A DNA stretch of 26,943 bases from Vulcanimicrobiota bacterium (lineage in GTDB: Bacteria > Vulcanimicrobiota > Vulcanimicrobiia > Vulcanimicrobiales > Vulcanimicrobiaceae): positions 538 through 27,480 of the forward strand of contig PLCF01000034.1 in NCBI GenBank assembly GCA_003135555.1, read 5' to 3'. The notes below the pieces were generated by a model. The model was not told the DNA's origin and searched no databases. It saw only the letters and a program-made list of their open reading frames with translations. The translations under genes and the position numbers were made by a program. This document shows, piece after piece, positions 8,779 to 18,275 of the stretch (positions within the stretch are counted from its first letter, which is position 1; each line of letters begins with the position of its first letter).

Positions 8779-10631
8779 ACGACGGCCTCTACGTGCGCGC
8801 GGTCGCGGAATTGCTTCCAGTACAGCCGGGCGTACGCGCCGTCCGCGGCGAGCAGCGCGGCGTGGGAGCCGCTCTCGACGATCCGGCCGCTCTCGACGAC
8901 GAAGATCACGTCGGCGTTGAGGATGGTCGACAGCCGGTGCGCGATCACGAGGCTGGTGCGGCCCTCCATGAGCGGGACCAGCGCCGCTTGGATCGCCGCC
9001 TCGTTGGCGGAGTCGAGCGCGCTCGTCGCTTCGTCGAGCACGAGCACGCGCGGGTTCTTGAGCAAGACGCGCGCGATGGCGAGGCGCTGGCGTTCACCGC
9101 CGGAGAGCTTGTGTCCACGCTCGCCGACGACGGTGTCGTATCCGGCCGGAAGCGAGGCGACGAATTCGTGGATGTTCGCGGCGCGCGCGGCGGCGACGAG
9201 CTCGGCGTCGGTGGCGTCGGGCCGTGCGTAGCGCAGATTCATCCCGATGGTGTCGTGGAACAGATAGGTTTCCTGGGTTACGATCCCGATGTGCTCGCGC
9301 AGCGAGGCCAGCGTGAGGTCGCGCACGTCGTGACCGTCGATGCGTACCGCGCCCGACTGCGGGTCGTAAAAGCGCGGCACGAGCTGCGTGATGGTCGTCT
9401 TCCCCGCGCCCGATGGGCCGACGAACGCGGCCATCTGGCCGGGCGCGACGCGGAACGATACGCCGTCGAGCGCGACGCGCTCCGGGCTGTACGAGAAATG
9501 CACGTCGTCGAAGGCGATCTCGCCGCGCGCGTCCCTGAGCACGCTTTGGCCTGACGTGCTGTCACCTGCGGGTGAGCCCGTCGAGGGCTGGGCGCCTTCG
9601 GGCTCCATGTCGAGGTATTCGAAGATGCGCTCGAAGACCGCCAGCGCCGAGACGATCTGCACCTGAACGCCGGCCAGCGACGACGCCGGCCCGTACAGGC
9701 GCCCCAAGTAGGCTACGAAGGCCACGATGGTTCCGACCGTCACGCCGCCCGAGATCGCCAGCCAGCCGCCGGTGAGCCACACCAGCGCCGGGCCGATCAC
9801 CACCATCGCCATGATGGCCGCGATGAACCAGCGCCCGACCATCGCCAAGCGGATCTCGAGCGTCATCAGCTCGGTGCCGGCGCGGTAGAAGCGCGTGCGC
9901 TCGAACGTTTCGCGAACGAACGATTTGATGAGCGTGATCCCGCTGATCGAAAGCGTCTCCTGGGTGATCGACTCGATCTCGTCGCGCTTCTCGCGGGTCA
10001 GCTTGCGCACGTCGTACATCTTTCGGCCGACCGGTGACAGCGGCAGGATCATCAACGGGATGATCGCCAGCGCGACGAGCGCCAAGCGCCAGTCGAGGAT
10101 GAACACCGTGACGACGGTGGTCAGCATCGTGAAGACGTTGGTAACGATCGAGACCAGCGTCCCGGTGACGACGTTGTCGATGTTGTCGACGTCGCTCGAG
10201 ACGCGGTTCATGATCTCGCCGGTCTTGGTCCCGGTGAAAAATGACAGCGGCATGCGGTGCAGGTGCGCGACGAGGCTGGTGCGGATGTCGCGCATGATGC
10301 CCTCGCCCACCAGCGAGTTGAGGAAGCCTTGGTAAACGCCGATCACGCCGCCGACGAGGGCGCTGGCGACCATGCCGCCCACGGCCAGCCATACGCCGCG
10401 CATGTCGTGCGCCGGGATCGCGCTGTCGATCAGCCAGCGCGTCAGCAGCGGCGGCAGCAGCCCGATCACCGAGACGATGAAGATGCACGCCAGCACCAGG
10501 GCTTCTTGGACCCAGTACGGGCGAAAGAACGCCAGGATGCGGCGCAGGTCGACCCGCTTCGTCACCTTGGGACGATCGGGGCTGAACATGCTGGACCACA
10601 TCAAGTGGACGGGGGGGCCGCCGCCTAACAT
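8775..10631 (-). CDS. ABC exporter with fused TMD-NBD (MsbA/MdlB-like)
   Basis: N-terminal membrane domain; GPSGAGKTT, VGERGHKLSGGERQR, LVLDEATSALD and IAHRLST. Confidence 0.95.
   Translation of the reverse strand: MLGGGPPVHLMWSSMFSPDRPKVTKRVDLRRILAFFRPYWVQEALVLACIFIVSVIGLLPPLLTRWLIDSAIPAHDMRGVWLAVGGMVASALVGGVIGVYQGFLNSLVGEGIMRDIRTSLVAHLHRMPLSFFTGTKTGEIMNRVSSDVDNIDNVVTGTLVSIVTNVFTMLTTVVTVFILDWRLALVALAIIPLMILPLSPVGRKMYDVRKLTREKRDEIESITQETLSISGITLIKSFVRETFERTRFYRAGTELMTLEIRLAMVGRWFIAAIMAMVVIGPALVWLTGGWLAISGGVTVGTIVAFVAYLGRLYGPASSLAGVQVQIVSALAVFERIFEYLDMEPEGAQPSTGSPAGDSTSGQSVLRDARGEIAFDDVHFSYSPERVALDGVSFRVAPGQMAAFVGPSGAGKTTITQLVPRFYDPQSGAVRIDGHDVRDLTLASLREHIGIVTQETYLFHDTIGMNLRYARPDATDAELVAAARAANIHEFVASLPAGYDTVVGERGHKLSGGERQRLAIARVLLKNPRVLVLDEATSALDSANEAAIQAALVPLMEGRTSLVIAHRLSTILNADVIFVVESGRIVESGSHAALLAADGAYARLYWKQFRDRAHVEAVV
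9560..9605. repeat. REP-like palindromic element in frame within the ABC exporter linker
   Basis: TGAGCCCGTCGAGGG (9573-9587) shares the 12-mer TCGACGGGCTCA, in reverse complement, with 15251-15262. GAGCCCG 9574-9580 and CGGGCTC 9599-9605 are inverted. Confidence 0.55.
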
Positions 10632-10641
10632 CGTCCTATGA

Positions 10642-10666
10642 AACCCGTTCGAAGCGGCAAGGTTCC
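10642..10666 (-). promoter_or_regulatory. ECF sigma-type promoter candidate
   Basis: GGAAC-N17-GTT ending 10 nt before ATG 10631; matches the actinobacterial SigH/SigR consensus. Confidence 0.55.
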
Positions 10667-10683
10667 CGCCGCGTCAGCGCCGG

Positions 10684-11700
10684 TCAGACGCGGACGACGA
10701 TCTTGCCGACGTTCGCGTTTGGTTGCAGCAGCTGCATGAGCGCGCGCGGCGCGTTCTCGAGCCCGTCGACGAACGTCGTCGGCGTCTTGAGCTCGCCCGC
10801 GGCGATGAGCGGCGTGACTTCGGCCGCGAACTCGCGAAAGCGGGCGAGATGGTCGCTCACGATGAAGCCTTGCAGCCGCAGCCGGCGTCCGATGGCCAGG
10901 AACAGGTTGCGCGGCCCGGACGGGGGCGTGGTGTCGTTGTAGCGCGAGATCGCGCCGCACATCACGATCCGCGCGAAGTCGCGGGTCGCCCCGATCGCCG
11001 CTTCGAGCTGCTCGCCGCCGACGTTGTCGAAGTAGACGTCGATCCCGTCGGGCGCCAGCGCACGCAGTTGGCGCGCCGGATCGTCGTGGTAGTCGAACGC
11101 CGCGTCGGCGCCGAGCTCGGCGCGCACGAAGGCGGCCTTTGCGGGCATGCTGGCCGAGCCGATCGCCCGCAAGCCCCAGCGCTTTGCGAGCTGCACCGCC
11201 ATCGAGCCGACGGCGCCCGCCGCCGCGGATACGAACAGCGTCTCGCCGGACTTCACCTCGGCGATGATGCGCAGACCCACCCACGCCGTGAAGCCCGTCG
11301 TTCCGAGAGCGCCCAAATACGTCTCCGCGGGGACGCGGCTCGTGTCGATGACGCGTGCGCTCTTAGCCGGAACGACGGCGAACTCGCGCCAGCCGCGGTC
11401 GTGCAGCACCGTCGCGCCGGCCGGAATCTCGGGGACTCTCGACGCGACCACCGTCCCGACGGCGGCGCCGGCGAGCGGCTCGCCCAGCGCGAACGGGGGC
11501 ACGTACGACTTGCCGTCGTTCATTCGCCCGCGCATGTACGGCTCGACCGAGCTCAGCGCGTTGCGCACCAGCAGCTCGCCGTCGCCGGGCGGTCCGACGT
11601 CGGCCGTCGCCAGGGTGAAGTTCGCGTCGGTCGGCTGGCCCTGCGGCCGTGACGCCAGCCGGATCTCGCGGCTACGGACGGAGTCGCTCTGCGTCGTCAT
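10684..11700 (-). CDS. NADP-dependent oxidoreductase (MDR superfamily, PTGR/YncB-like)
   Basis: LASRPQGQP, SVEPYMRGRM, VSAAAGAVGS, GIDVYFDNVGG, CGAISRYN, GLENAP and NVGKIVV. Confidence 0.93.
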   Translation of the reverse strand: MTTQSDSVRSREIRLASRPQGQPTDANFTLATADVGPPGDGELLVRNALSSVEPYMRGRMNDGKSYVPPFALGEPLAGAAVGTVVASRVPEIPAGATVLHDRGWREFAVVPAKSARVIDTSRVPAETYLGALGTTGFTAWVGLRIIAEVKSGETLFVSAAAGAVGSMAVQLAKRWGLRAIGSASMPAKAAFVRAELGADAAFDYHDDPARQLRALAPDGIDVYFDNVGGEQLEAAIGATRDFARIVMCGAISRYNDTTPPSGPRNLFLAIGRRLRLQGFIVSDHLARFREFAAEVTPLIAAGELKTPTTFVDGLENAPRALMQLLQPNANVGKIVVRV

Positions 11701-11824
11701 GGGCGAGGCTTAGCGGGCGCAGCCGGGCGGCCTGCCGCGATAACGCCGGAGGGCCGACCGACGACCGCCTCGTAGCGGGACCAAGCGCCTGGGCCCGAGC
11801 ACGGCGTCACGGAAGGGGGTTAGC

Positions 11825-13597
11825 GTGACCCGTTCTGCCGTTCGCGTCATCGTCGTGACGGTTCTTGCAGTTTGGTCCATGGCGGTGGTCATGCCGAGCC
11901 TTGCCCGACTCTGGCATCCACTCGGCTCCGTCGGACTCAGCGCGACGGGCGACGGGCACATCGACTCGGTCGTCGACGGCTCCGCCGCAGCGAAAGCCGG
12001 TATACATGCCGGAGACCGCATCGATATGCGTTCGACCGGTCTGGACAGCCGGCGCATCGCGGGTCTGAGCGTGGGGCTCAAGCGACAAGAATATCGGCTG
12101 TCGATCGTTCACGACGGCAAGAGCAGGATCGTTACCTTGCAGCCCGCGGATGAACGGCTCGGCTTTGCCTCGCGTGCGGGGTTGATCGCGCGCACGATCA
12201 CGGTAGTCGTCATCGTCGCCACAAGCGCGGTCTTGCTGTGCTTGCACCCGAGTTTGGTTACCTGGGCGTTCTTTCTGTTCTGCATCGGGACGAATGCCGG
12301 CTCACATTCGGGTATCTGGGCCGTTCTGCCATATCCGGCATATGTGGCCGAGCGGTTCGCCGAGAGTGCCGTATCGGAACTCTCGCCGGTCGGCTTCGCG
12401 CTCTTCATGATCATCTTCCCGACCGGCGCGCCGATCAGCCGCTGGAGTGCAGTGGTCGTTTCTCTCTTGCCATGGTCATTCGGCCTCTTGGTGGCGAGCG
12501 ACGTCTACTTGCTCGTCGCCCGCTTCACGGCGTTTCCCGTTGACGCCGTGAACAGGACGGGCAGCTACGTGCCGTTGCTGTTCTATGCCGCGGGCGTCGC
12601 CGCGTTCGTCGAAAGGTACGTTCGCACGCAGGGGCCGGACCGCGTGCGCATTCGCTGGGTGGGGATAGCGATGGCGATCGGCATGAGCGGAAACTTCTTG
12701 GAAGCCCTCATCGAGATCGGCTTTCCGGGTTCGGTGTCGTATGCGACGCTCAGCTTCCTCACGTCCGGGCTGATCGTCGTCCCGTTCGCAGTCATGTACG
12801 CGGTGATCCGGCATCACGTCATCGACGTGCATTTCGTGGTGAGCCACGCAATTGCATATGGTGCCGTCACAGGCGCCCTGATCGCCGGATTCTCGGTGGT
12901 CGACTGGTTTTTCACGTCGCGCCTCTCGCTGGCAGGAGTCGGGGCCGGCGTCGAGATCTTGGCCGCAATCGTGCTCGGGTTTTCGATGAACGGCATACAC
13001 ACGCGCCTCGAGCGCCGAGTCGACCAAGCCTTATTCCAGCGGCGGTATACCGCCGAACTGAGGCTCCGGGAGGCCGCCACGGCGCTGCCGCATGCGCGGT
13101 CTCGCGACGCAATCAACGTGCTGCTGGTCGACGCGCCGTTCCAAGCCCTCGATCTGACAAGCGCGGCGCTATTCCGCCGCAATGAGGACGGGCAGTTCGT
13201 TCGCGAAGCGGCTCAGGGCTGGTCCGAGCGCGCTCTCCGGCGCGTCGCGCGGGACGACTCACTGATCCTGCATCTTGAATCAGGCGGCGACGTAGTGCGA
13301 CTCCCGGCGATCGGTTGGGCGGCGAAGAAGCTTCCGTCCGGGGACGCTCAGCCGGTTATGGTGGTGCCCATAAGCGTGCGCAACGAGCTGGCTGCATTCG
13401 TCATGTACGGACCGCATCGAAGCGGCGCCGACATCGACCCCGACGAAGAGCGTTCGGTCGTCGAACTTGCGGGCGCGGCCGCTACGGCATACGACCACGT
13501 GCGGGCCACCGAGCTCATGAAAGCTCTCGAAGCCAGCGCGAACCGTGAGCGCGCACTGCGCGAGGCGTTAAAGCGCGCCGGCGTGGCGCTTCCGTAA
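11825..13597 (+). CDS. Membrane protein: PDZ-like domain, about 8 TM helices, C-terminal GAF-like domain
   Basis: IDSVVDGSAAAKAGIHAGDRI (PDZ-like), hydrophobic core, LERRVDQALF coupling helix, and VVPISVRNELAAFVMYGPHRSGADIDPDE (GAF-like). Confidence 0.8.
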   Translation: MTRSAVRVIVVTVLAVWSMAVVMPSLARLWHPLGSVGLSATGDGHIDSVVDGSAAAKAGIHAGDRIDMRSTGLDSRRIAGLSVGLKRQEYRLSIVHDGKSRIVTLQPADERLGFASRAGLIARTITVVVIVATSAVLLCLHPSLVTWAFFLFCIGTNAGSHSGIWAVLPYPAYVAERFAESAVSELSPVGFALFMIIFPTGAPISRWSAVVVSLLPWSFGLLVASDVYLLVARFTAFPVDAVNRTGSYVPLLFYAAGVAAFVERYVRTQGPDRVRIRWVGIAMAIGMSGNFLEALIEIGFPGSVSYATLSFLTSGLIVVPFAVMYAVIRHHVIDVHFVVSHAIAYGAVTGALIAGFSVVDWFFTSRLSLAGVGAGVEILAAIVLGFSMNGIHTRLERRVDQALFQRRYTAELRLREAATALPHARSRDAINVLLVDAPFQALDLTSAALFRRNEDGQFVREAAQGWSERALRRVARDDSLILHLESGGDVVRLPAIGWAAKKLPSGDAQPVMVVPISVRNELAAFVMYGPHRSGADIDPDEERSVVELAGAAATAYDHVRATELMKALEASANRERALREALKRAGVALP

Positions 13598-13604
13598 AGG
13601 GGCG

Positions 13605-14618
13605 TTACTTCTTCCCGTTGCGGATGCCGGCGAGCTCGCGGAAGAGCTTTTGCTCCTTGTCGTTGAGCTCGGTCGGGAGCTGTCCGATCAGGCGCACGTA
13701 CTCGTCGCCCGCACCGGCGCCTTTGAGCTTGGGCATGCCCTTGCCGGAGAGGCGCAGCATCTTGTTGTTCTGGGTTCCGGCGGGGATCGTCATCGTCACG
13801 TCGCCGTTCATCGTCGGCACGCGAACCTCGCCGCCCAGGATCAGGTCGTAGATGCTGACCGGCAGATCGAGATACAGGTCGTCGCCCTTGCGCTCGAAGC
13901 GTTGGTCGCCGCTGAGGTGCACCACGAGGTACAGATCGCCGCGCGCTCCGTTTCCGGGCCCGCGCGCGCCCTGCCCGGCCAGCCGGATGCGCTGCCCGTC
14001 GCGCACGCCGCGCGGAATGGTGACGTCGAAGCGCTTGGTTTCGCGGGTGCGTCCGGTGCCGTGACACTGCGTGCAGATGCGGTTGCGCTCGGTGCCGGTG
14101 CCGTGACAGCGCGAACAGGCGTCTTCGACTTGCAGCGTGATCGATTTCTTGCCGCCCTCGAAGGCCTCGTGCAGCGTCAACTCGATCGTCGACTCGAGGT
14201 CCTCGCCGCGCTGCTGCGCCGTCGAAAAGCCCGTCGCGCCGCCGGGGCGCTGGCGTCCGATCCCTGAGAAGAACATGTCGAAAAAGTCGGAGAAACCACT
14301 CGCGCCCGCCGCCCCGGACGTTCCGAAACCGCCGAAGTCGGCGTCTTGCGCCTGGCGATACGAGCGCTGTTGCTCGGCCTCGCGGGCGGCGCGCTGCCAA
14401 TCCGAACCCAGCACGTCATATTTCTTGCGCTTCTCGGCGTCGCCCAGGACCTCGTACGCCTCTTGGATGTCCTTGAACTTCTCTTCGGCGGCCTTCTGGT
14501 TGTCGGGATTGGCGTCGGGGTGCCACTTGCGCGCGAGCTTGCGGTACGCGCTCTTTATGTCTTTCTCAGCGGCATTCTTCGGCACGCCAAGAATCGCATA
14601 ATAGTCTTTATAATTCAT
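13605..14618 (-). CDS. dnaJ: DnaJ-class co-chaperone with only two CxxCxGxG repeats
   Basis: MNYKDYY start (ATG 14618), WHPD, G/F region with FSDFF, C-terminal RGDLY and LSGKGMP. May be a CbpA-like paralog. Confidence 0.9.
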   Translation of the reverse strand: MNYKDYYAILGVPKNAAEKDIKSAYRKLARKWHPDANPDNQKAAEEKFKDIQEAYEVLGDAEKRKKYDVLGSDWQRAAREAEQQRSYRQAQDADFGGFGTSGAAGASGFSDFFDMFFSGIGRQRPGGATGFSTAQQRGEDLESTIELTLHEAFEGGKKSITLQVEDACSRCHGTGTERNRICTQCHGTGRTRETKRFDVTIPRGVRDGQRIRLAGQGARGPGNGARGDLYLVVHLSGDQRFERKGDDLYLDLPVSIYDLILGGEVRVPTMNGDVTMTIPAGTQNNKMLRLSGKGMPKLKGAGAGDEYVRLIGQLPTELNDKEQKLFRELAGIRNGKK

Positions 14619-14726
14619 TCTGAAGGCGCTCCGCCCCGGGCTGCGCGCCCCCCACGCTGCGCGTGGGGCCCCCATACTTCACGCGCGCTCGCGATGACGA
14701 CACGGCGCGTTTCCCCGAGGGCGCGC

Positions 14727-15314
14727 TTAAGACGCAATGCTGCCTTTTGCGACGACGACTTGCGCGGGGCGCAGTACCTCGTCGCCGATCGTGTATGCTT
14801 TGCAAGCCTCGTCGAGAACGGTATCCTCGGCGATCCCCTCGGGCGCCGGCCGGGTGGCGATCGCCTCGGCCAGCTTGGGATCGAACGGCAGCCCCTTGAG
14901 CGGCACCGCCTTGACGCCCTCGCCGGCGAGCGCCGACTCGAACATCCGCAGCGTCGCTTGCAGCCCGCCCCGCAACCCTTCGGAGTCTTCGAATGCGACG
15001 GCCCGCTCGAGGTTGTCGAGGACCGGCAAAATCCGCGTGAGAACCGATCTCTTTCCGGCTAGCGCGATGTCGCCGAGCTGGCGCTCGATGCGCTTTTTGT
15101 AGTTCTCGAAATCCGCCATCGCGTAGAGGTACTTGTTGTAGTTTTCCTCGGCCGTCGCGCGCGCTGCTACCAGCTCGGCGGCGAGGTCGCCCTCGCCGCT
15201 TTGCTGTACCTCTGCGCTGCCGTTCGCAGACCCGTTGTCATCCTGACCCTTCGACGGGCTCAGGGGAAGGACGGTCTCGGGCTCAGCTTGGTCTGAGCCG
15301 GTCGATTGGTTCAC
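14727..15314 (-). CDS. grpE: Nucleotide exchange factor GrpE
   Basis: ADFENYKKR, LPVLDNLERA, PFDPKLAEAI and VLRPAQVVV; start placed at GTG 15314, just after the dnaK stop. Confidence 0.95.
   Translation of the reverse strand: MNQSTGSDQAEPETVLPLSPSKGQDDNGSANGSAEVQQSGEGDLAAELVAARATAEENYNKYLYAMADFENYKKRIERQLGDIALAGKRSVLTRILPVLDNLERAVAFEDSEGLRGGLQATLRMFESALAGEGVKAVPLKGLPFDPKLAEAIATRPAPEGIAEDTVLDEACKAYTIGDEVLRPAQVVVAKGSIAS
15236..15305. repeat. Inverted REP-like doublet in frame within the grpE 5' coding region
   Basis: TCGACGGGCTCAG (15251-15263) and CTGAGCCGGTCGA (15293-15305) are complementary at 12 of 13 positions; preceded by TGTCATCCTGA. Confidence 0.6.
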
Positions 15315-15321
15315 GGCAGCG

Positions 15322-17175
<1,854 letters not shown>

Positions 17176-17302
17176 TGGTGAAATCTCGCTTTCCGAACAG
17201 CGTGGACCAGCCGTCAAGGGATCGCTCCCCACTCGGGCCTTGCCGCTTACCGCCGCTCAAGGGGTTGTCCGGAGCCGCCTGGTGGGCGGCGCACGCATAT
17301 GA

Positions 17303-17327
17303 TACGTCTCCCAAAAGGCGTTGTTCC
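17303..17327 (-). promoter_or_regulatory. ECF sigma-type promoter candidate for the dnaK operon
   Basis: GGAAC-N16-CGTA (equivalent to GGAAC-N17-GTA) in an AT-richer patch about 127 nt upstream of dnaK. Confidence 0.55.
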
Positions 17328-17406
17328 AGTCATTCACAGTGACAGTTTTGCTGACACAATGGTTGCGGCGACAGTGGTTTGGCGGGCGCCGGGGAAAGCC
17401 GCCGCC

Positions 17407-18221
17407 ATGCGACCACTCGCTGCGGTGAGCCTGGTTCTGGCCTTGGCCGCTCCCGGGGGCCCCGTGGCGGCCCAAGAGACGGCGCCGGCCCCTGGCTCGG
17501 AATCGCCTTCGACACGCCGGCCGCTCGGCTCCGGGACACCCTCGGCGATCCGCTCCGGATCACCCGGCTGCCCGACGAACTCACTGGAGCCGACGCGCAG
17601 GCGAATGCTGCCATGCCGCCCCAGCGCAAGGCGCGCTATACGCTGTCGGTTACGCGTCCGCTCTATCTCATCGTGAGCGAACGGCACGGCGCCGTGGTCG
17701 GGATCGAAGCCTTCTCCCCGGAGCCGTTGACCGCCGAGGTTGTGGAGATCGCGCCCGACCCGAGCGGGATCGCCCTGGGCGCAACCGAGGCCGCCGTGCG
17801 GCAGGCGCATCCGGACGCGCGCCTGGTGCGCAGCGACGGCATCGACAACCTCGTGGTGGCGGTGAGCCGGCGATACGTTGCGACCTATTCGTTCGCGAGC
17901 GGGCGGGCCAACGCGATTATCTGGTTTGCGCGCGCCGAGTCTGATCCGCCGGGCGACGGGCCGGCGCTCGCCGAACCGGCCGGCGACGCTCCGGCGAGCG
18001 CGGTCCTCGTCGTTGCCAAGAACGAAACCGAGGGGATCCGCTGGGAGCAGATCTGGGCGCTGTTTCACCCCTGCGCAGGCACGACGCGATGGTCGAAGAC
18101 GCTGGTCGCAACCTCGCGCGCCGACGGCAGGATGTACGATGCCGTCAGCTATTCCTGTCCGGCGACGGGAGCAACGCGCCGGGTGTACTTCGACATCACC
18201 TCGTTCTACGGGAAGTTCTAA
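17407..18221 (+). pseudogene. Exported hypothetical protein with an apparent 1-nt frameshift (pseudogene or sequence error)
   Basis: Signal peptide MRPLAAVSLVLALAAPGGPVAAQ from ATG 17407 is in a different frame from the protein-like body PWLGIAFD...YFDITSFYGKF. Confidence 0.65.
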
Positions 18222-18255
18222 ACGCCGAAGCCCCGCGTACGCGAGGCTTCGGCGT
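18222..18255. terminator. Hairpin between convergent genes, probable bidirectional terminator
   Basis: ACGCCGAAGCC (18222-18232) and GGCTTCGGCGT (18245-18255) form a perfect 11-bp stem, extendable with CGCG/CGCG; U-tracts are weak. Confidence 0.75.
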
Positions 18256-18275
18256 CGCAGAACTCCGCCGCGAGG

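Noticed and set aside
17211..17216. TTGACG as a sigma70 -35 for dnaK
   Set aside because: No TANNNT hexamer at 16-18 bp spacing.
17176..17400. CIRCE or canonical HAIR operator
   Set aside because: No TTAGCACTC-N9-GAGTGCTAA; the CTTGAG site has the wrong spacing and a poor second half.
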